Of a stretch of 64,000 bases of DNA, positions 60,499 through 64,000 are shown in pieces. How positions within the stretch are numbered: the stretch's first letter is position 1; each line of letters begins with the position of its first letter. This stretch comes from Acidobacteriota bacterium. Its GTDB lineage: Bacteria; Acidobacteriota; Holophagae; Holophagales; Holophagaceae. The stretch spans positions 188,592 to 252,591 of the forward strand of contig JACPUT010000005.1 in the NCBI GenBank assembly GCA_016192145.1. Direction: 5' to 3'. The translations under genes and the position numbers were made by a program. Under the pieces are notes generated by a model. It was not told where the DNA came from, did no database searches, and was given only the letters and a program-made list of their open reading frames with translations.

Positions 60499-62525
60499 GG
60501 GGCCTCCTTTACGGCCGCTTCCTTGCGTACCCTAGGCAGCCAAAGGGTGAAGGTCGTGCCCACTCCGACCTCGCTCTCGAAGGTGATGCGCCCTTGGTGC
60601 TTTTCCACGACCGAATGGACGATGGAAAGCCCCTGCCCCGTTCCCCGCCCCACTCCCTTGGTGGTGAAGAAGGGATCAAACACCCTGGACTTGATCGATT
60701 CCGGGATTCCCTTCCCGTTGTCTTCGAAGGTGATGAGAACCCCGTCCTCCGCCTTTCGGGTCCTGATCTTGAGCAGGCCCTTATCCACGCCGCGCTCCGC
60801 CAGCACATCCTGGATGGCGTGCACCGCGTTGACGGTCATGTTCAGCACCACCTGATTGAACTCGCCCGGGAATCCGGGCACGAGCGGAAGGTCGGGATCC
60901 AGATCGAGATCGATGTCGGCGTGATACTTCCACTCGTTCCGCGCCACGGTGATCGTGCTTTCCACACCCTTGTTCACATCCATGACCACGGGATCTTCGC
61001 CCATCGGATAGCTGAACTCCTTCAGGGCCTTGATGATCTTGGCCACCCGGTCCACGCCTTCCAAGGTCTCCTCGGCGGCCTTGGGGATTTCCTCCGAGAG
61101 GTATTCGAAGTCCTGATCAAGGAACAGCTTCGGGATCGCCCTCATCATGTCGGGAGGCATGGATTCCAGGTTCATTTCGGCGAACACGGCGCGCTGCTTG
61201 GCGATGATGCGGAGGAGCTGGCCGAACGAGTCGGAAAGGAACCGCGTGTTGTCTCCGATGTATTGAATGGGAGTGTTAATCTCGTGCGCGATGCCCGCGG
61301 CGAGCTGCCCGATGGATTCCAGTTTGTGAGCGTTCAAGAGCTGGCCCTGGAGCCGATCCCGCTCCCGCTCGGCCCCCTTGCGGTCCGACACGTCGCGTGC
61401 GCTGAATAGGGCGCCCTCGCTCACCCCGTCGGGGCCCAGGACCGGTGCCGATTGGGATTCGAAATGCCGGTAGCCATCCTCCTTCGTCCGCATCCGGTAT
61501 TCGATGCGCGTTCCCTTCCCGAATTCGAAAATGCGCTGGAGGGCCCCCTTGATGTTCTCGAGATCCTCGGGGTGGACGAGGGCCAGGGGATCCATGCCGT
61601 TCAGCTCCTCCCGACTCCATCCCAGGGTCGTGGTGTAGCTCGGGCTTTCATAGAGCCGCTTCCCATCCCGATCCACGATGGCCACGAGGTCCTGGATGTG
61701 TTCACTGAGGATCCGGAAGAGATGCTGGTTCCGCCTCAATTCCTGGGAGGTTTCCATCGCCCGGGTGATGTCGTTGAAGGCCACCAGGGTGTGGATCCGT
61801 TCTTCCAGTTTGAATCCCGAGGCCGTAAGGCCGTACCACCGCGTCCGCCCTTCGATGGTCCAGGGGAACTCCAACTTGAAGGTGGGCAAATGCCCCATGG
61901 AAACGGCCAGGATGCCGACGGCGGCGGCGGCCTGCGCCACTTCTTTCATGGTGGCCAGCGATTCAAGGGTGGGGCGATAGGGGTCGCCCTCTCTGATGCC
62001 CGCCACGTAGGGCAGCGCGTCGGCATGCCGCTTCCAGGCGGCATTGCAGGCCACAATGCGCCCTTCCTCGTCGATCAGCGCCACGTTCGCCTGGAGGCTA
62101 TCCAGCGCGGACGAGAGGACGAGCCGGGTATTCAATAGTTCGCGTTCGATCCGTTTTCGTTCCAGCGCGTGGCGGACGGCCCGGCGAAGGGAATCCCCGG
62201 AGAGTCCCCCCTTCAACAAGTACTCCTGGGCGCCCAGGCCCAGGGCCCTCAGCGCGATGTCCTCTTCAGTACGCCCCGTCACCACCACCAGGGCGGCATT
62301 GGGTTGCAGCGTTCTCAAGGCCCTCAGGAGGGGTTCCGCGGAGATATCGGGAAGGGAGAGATCCGAAACCACGAGGTCCCACGCTTCCCCTTGAAGCGGC
62401 TCCATTCCGTCCGTGAGGGAGCCCACGCCCATGACTTCCCAGCCGTCCCCCCCTAACGCCAGATGCCGGGTGAGAATCTCCCTGAAGGTCTCATCATCTT
62501 CGAGGACGAATACTTTCCGCTTCAT
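60495..62525 (-). CDS. Hybrid sensor kinase: receiver, two PAS domains, HisKA and HATPase
   Basis: Start at 62525 (MKRKVFVLEDDE). The receiver Asp lies in LVVSDLSLPD. Two PAS-like blocks are present, then the H-box GIAHEINTPIQYI, the N-box QVVLNMTVNAVHA, and G-boxes DNGKGIP and GTGQGLSI. Confidence 0.9.
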   Translation of the reverse strand: MKRKVFVLEDDETFREILTRHLALGGDGWEVMGVGSLTDGMEPLQGEAWDLVVSDLSLPDISAEPLLRALRTLQPNAALVVVTGRTEEDIALRALGLGAQEYLLKGGLSGDSLRRAVRHALERKRIERELLNTRLVLSSALDSLQANVALIDEEGRIVACNAAWKRHADALPYVAGIREGDPYRPTLESLATMKEVAQAAAAVGILAVSMGHLPTFKLEFPWTIEGRTRWYGLTASGFKLEERIHTLVAFNDITRAMETSQELRRNQHLFRILSEHIQDLVAIVDRDGKRLYESPSYTTTLGWSREELNGMDPLALVHPEDLENIKGALQRIFEFGKGTRIEYRMRTKEDGYRHFESQSAPVLGPDGVSEGALFSARDVSDRKGAERERDRLQGQLLNAHKLESIGQLAAGIAHEINTPIQYIGDNTRFLSDSFGQLLRIIAKQRAVFAEMNLESMPPDMMRAIPKLFLDQDFEYLSEEIPKAAEETLEGVDRVAKIIKALKEFSYPMGEDPVVMDVNKGVESTITVARNEWKYHADIDLDLDPDLPLVPGFPGEFNQVVLNMTVNAVHAIQDVLAERGVDKGLLKIRTRKAEDGVLITFEDNGKGIPESIKSRVFDPFFTTKGVGRGTGQGLSIVHSVVEKHQGRITFESEVGVGTTFTLWLPRVRKEAAVKEAP

Positions 62526-62767
62526 GGCCCAACCAGGGGGTTCGTTCCGGTGGGAACCTGGATCCTGCCCGTAAAAACGCTCTTGGCGGCCCTGAGCGCG
62601 TTTGTCAGGTAGAAACTCACCTTGATCCCCCCAATTCCCTCTCAACGGCCCTGCGGGCAGGAAATGAAATTTTGATGATCATTTTTTTATTTTTGAAATT
62701 ACTTGTTTTACTTAATGAAATGGAAACTCGGAATTAATTAACGCGAATCCACCAAGCTGTCGATCAC

Positions 62768-64000
62768 ATGGCCATGTCCAGTCATTTTGGATCTGGCGCC
62801 ACTCCCTTCGACCCCGCGACCAACCCCACCGTTCTCCCACCCTGGGTCCTTCCAGGGTCGGGCGAATCATGCCCCTTCTACACCTCTCCCATTCCTCGCT
62901 TGGGGTTCTCATCTGAGGAGGTTGAACGCTTCGGGTTCTGGGAAAGCCGGCTTCATCCGGAGGATCGGGATCGAATACGAACCGCACTCGGCTCCGAACC
63001 CCAGCCTTCCGAGGTCCTCACCCTTGAGTACCGGATCCTCGCGGCCGATGGCACGTGGCGCTGGCTCCGAGACCGGACGCCCAGGCCCGGGTCCGGGGAA
63101 GGCCTCAGGCTTCCCGGGTGCATCACCGATATCAGTGAGGAAAGGGAGGCCCTGGCAAGGCTGGAGCTGTACCACCGGATCACCAGCATCCTCGAAGGCG
63201 CAACGGAGCTTTTCGATGCCGCCCCCGGCATCCTGGAGGCCCTCGCGCGGGCCGGAGATTGGGATTGGGCCGGGCTATGGACGGTGGATGAAGCCAACGA
63301 GCACATCGCCTTCAGGGACGCGTGGATGCGCTCCGGCCAAGGCCTTTCAGCCTTCAAGGAAAAATCCAAAGGCCTCACTTTCCGGCGGGGGGAGGATCTT
63401 CTGGGAACCCTATGGGCCCAGGGGCGTGTTCAGTGGTTGGAACGATTGCCGGATCCGGCCGGCTACCCCAGGGGGCCCGAAGCCGTGGCCTGCGGGTTCG
63501 AAAAGGCCTGTTGCTTCCCCGTCAAGGTCGGAGGCAACGTCATGGGGATCTTTGAATTTTTCGGATCGCAACCCCGCGCGCCCCAGGGTTCATTCACCGA
63601 GGTGCTCCGGGTGTTGGAGATCCAAATCGGGTACTTCACGGAACGATCCGCCAACGTCGAATCCCTCCGCAGGAGCGAAGCCCAGTTCCGGGCCCTCTTC
63701 GACCAGGCCCCGGAAGGGGTGTTCCTCGTGGACCTCGATTCCAAGGCTGTCCTGGAAGGCAATTGCGCCTTGCAATCCCTCCTGGGTTACACCGCGGTCG
63801 AGCTTCGGCACCTGAAGCTCTATGACCTCGTCGCGGCGGACGCCCAATCCATCGATCTCAATGCAACGCGGGCCCTTCAACAGGAGCACCTCTCCCTCGG
63901 CGAGCGCGACTATCGGCGGAAGGATGGGACCACGCTCCCCTTGGACGTCACCATCCGGCTCATCGATGCGGCGACGGGCAGCCTGGCCTGCGTCATCGTG
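62768..64000 (+). CDS. PAS-GAF-PAS sensor protein, 5' part (continues beyond the window)
   Basis: I translated this frame by hand; it is open from ATG 62768 to the window end. It contains WESRLHPEDRDRI...EYRILAADGTWRWLRDR (PAS), a GAF-like block (WDWAGLWTVDE...FPVKVGGNVMGIFEFF) and a second PAS (AQFRALFDQAPEGVFLVD). The ORF-track entry 62787..63815 is in another frame. Confidence 0.8.
   Translation, partial: MAMSSHFGSGATPFDPATNPTVLPPWVLPGSGESCPFYTSPIPRLGFSSEEVERFGFWESRLHPEDRDRIRTALGSEPQPSEVLTLEYRILAADGTWRWLRDRTPRPGSGEGLRLPGCITDISEEREALARLELYHRITSILEGATELFDAAPGILEALARAGDWDWAGLWTVDEANEHIAFRDAWMRSGQGLSAFKEKSKGLTFRRGEDLLGTLWAQGRVQWLERLPDPAGYPRGPEAVACGFEKACCFPVKVGGNVMGIFEFFGSQPRAPQGSFTEVLRVLEIQIGYFTERSANVESLRRSEAQFRALFDQAPEGVFLVDLDSKAVLEGNCALQSLLGYTAVELRHLKLYDLVAADAQSIDLNATRALQQEHLSLGERDYRRKDGTTLPLDVTIRLIDAATGSLACVIV

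Noticed and set aside
62787-63815. The 342-aa ORF from the supplied track.
   Set aside because: It is Pro/Ser/Arg/Gly-rich and out of frame with a clearly domain-bearing PAS-GAF-PAS reading frame (62768 to the window end). That frame is missing from the track because it has no stop codon inside the window.

Overview
This is a 64-kb window of very GC-rich bacterial chromosome with dense coding on both strands. I saw no rRNA, tRNA, CRISPR array, transposase or integrase. Five tandem ADOP-type duplicated FtsX/MacB permeases suggest Acidobacteriota, possibly Holophagae-like; this is inference only.

Gene content from left to right:
1. The 3' end of a saccharopine-dehydrogenase-family gene.
2. A signalling patch: a CheY-CheC-PAS kinase operon, a receiver-kinase hybrid followed by CheD, and two stand-alone CZB zinc-binding-domain proteins.
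3. A minus-strand respiratory operon: monohaem cytochrome c, an outer-membrane beta-barrel, a Tat-exported Psr/Phs-type molybdoenzyme, a 4Fe-4S subunit, an NrfD-type membrane subunit and a TorD-like chaperone.
4. Two tandem ArsR-family regulators. The second heads a TolC-MFP-RND operon that also carries DUF2892-, DUF3365 (haem c)- and DUF6132-like genes. A thioredoxin plus two-rhodanese operon follows.
5. A P2-like P-type ATPase.
6. A MacA-like adaptor, five ADOP permeases and one ABC ATPase, followed by a sigma-54 activator and a sensor kinase, with a candidate -24/-12 promoter in front.
7. A DUF442/PTP-like protein, a secreted protein with three Ig-like repeats, two convergent TonB-dependent receptors and a GH5-like lipoprotein.
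8. An acyl-CoA carboxyltransferase, an HD-GYP protein, an outer-membrane protein, an alpha/beta hydrolase, a CheY-like regulator and a fused E1 alpha/beta 2-oxoacid dehydrogenase.
9. A four-gene operon: a hybrid kinase, a receiver-HDOD protein and two receiver proteins with degenerate HD-GYP domains.
10. The 5' part of a PAS-GAF-PAS sensor gene.

The leads most worth follow-up are the ADOP/ATPase/sigma-54 locus, the Psr-like operon with its own outer-membrane barrel, the ArsR-controlled RND/sulfur-redox island, the degenerate HD-GYP/HDOD receiver cluster, a kinase-like protein lacking the H-box histidine, and several structured non-coding elements.

All functional calls come from reading motifs in the supplied translations. 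No database search was run.
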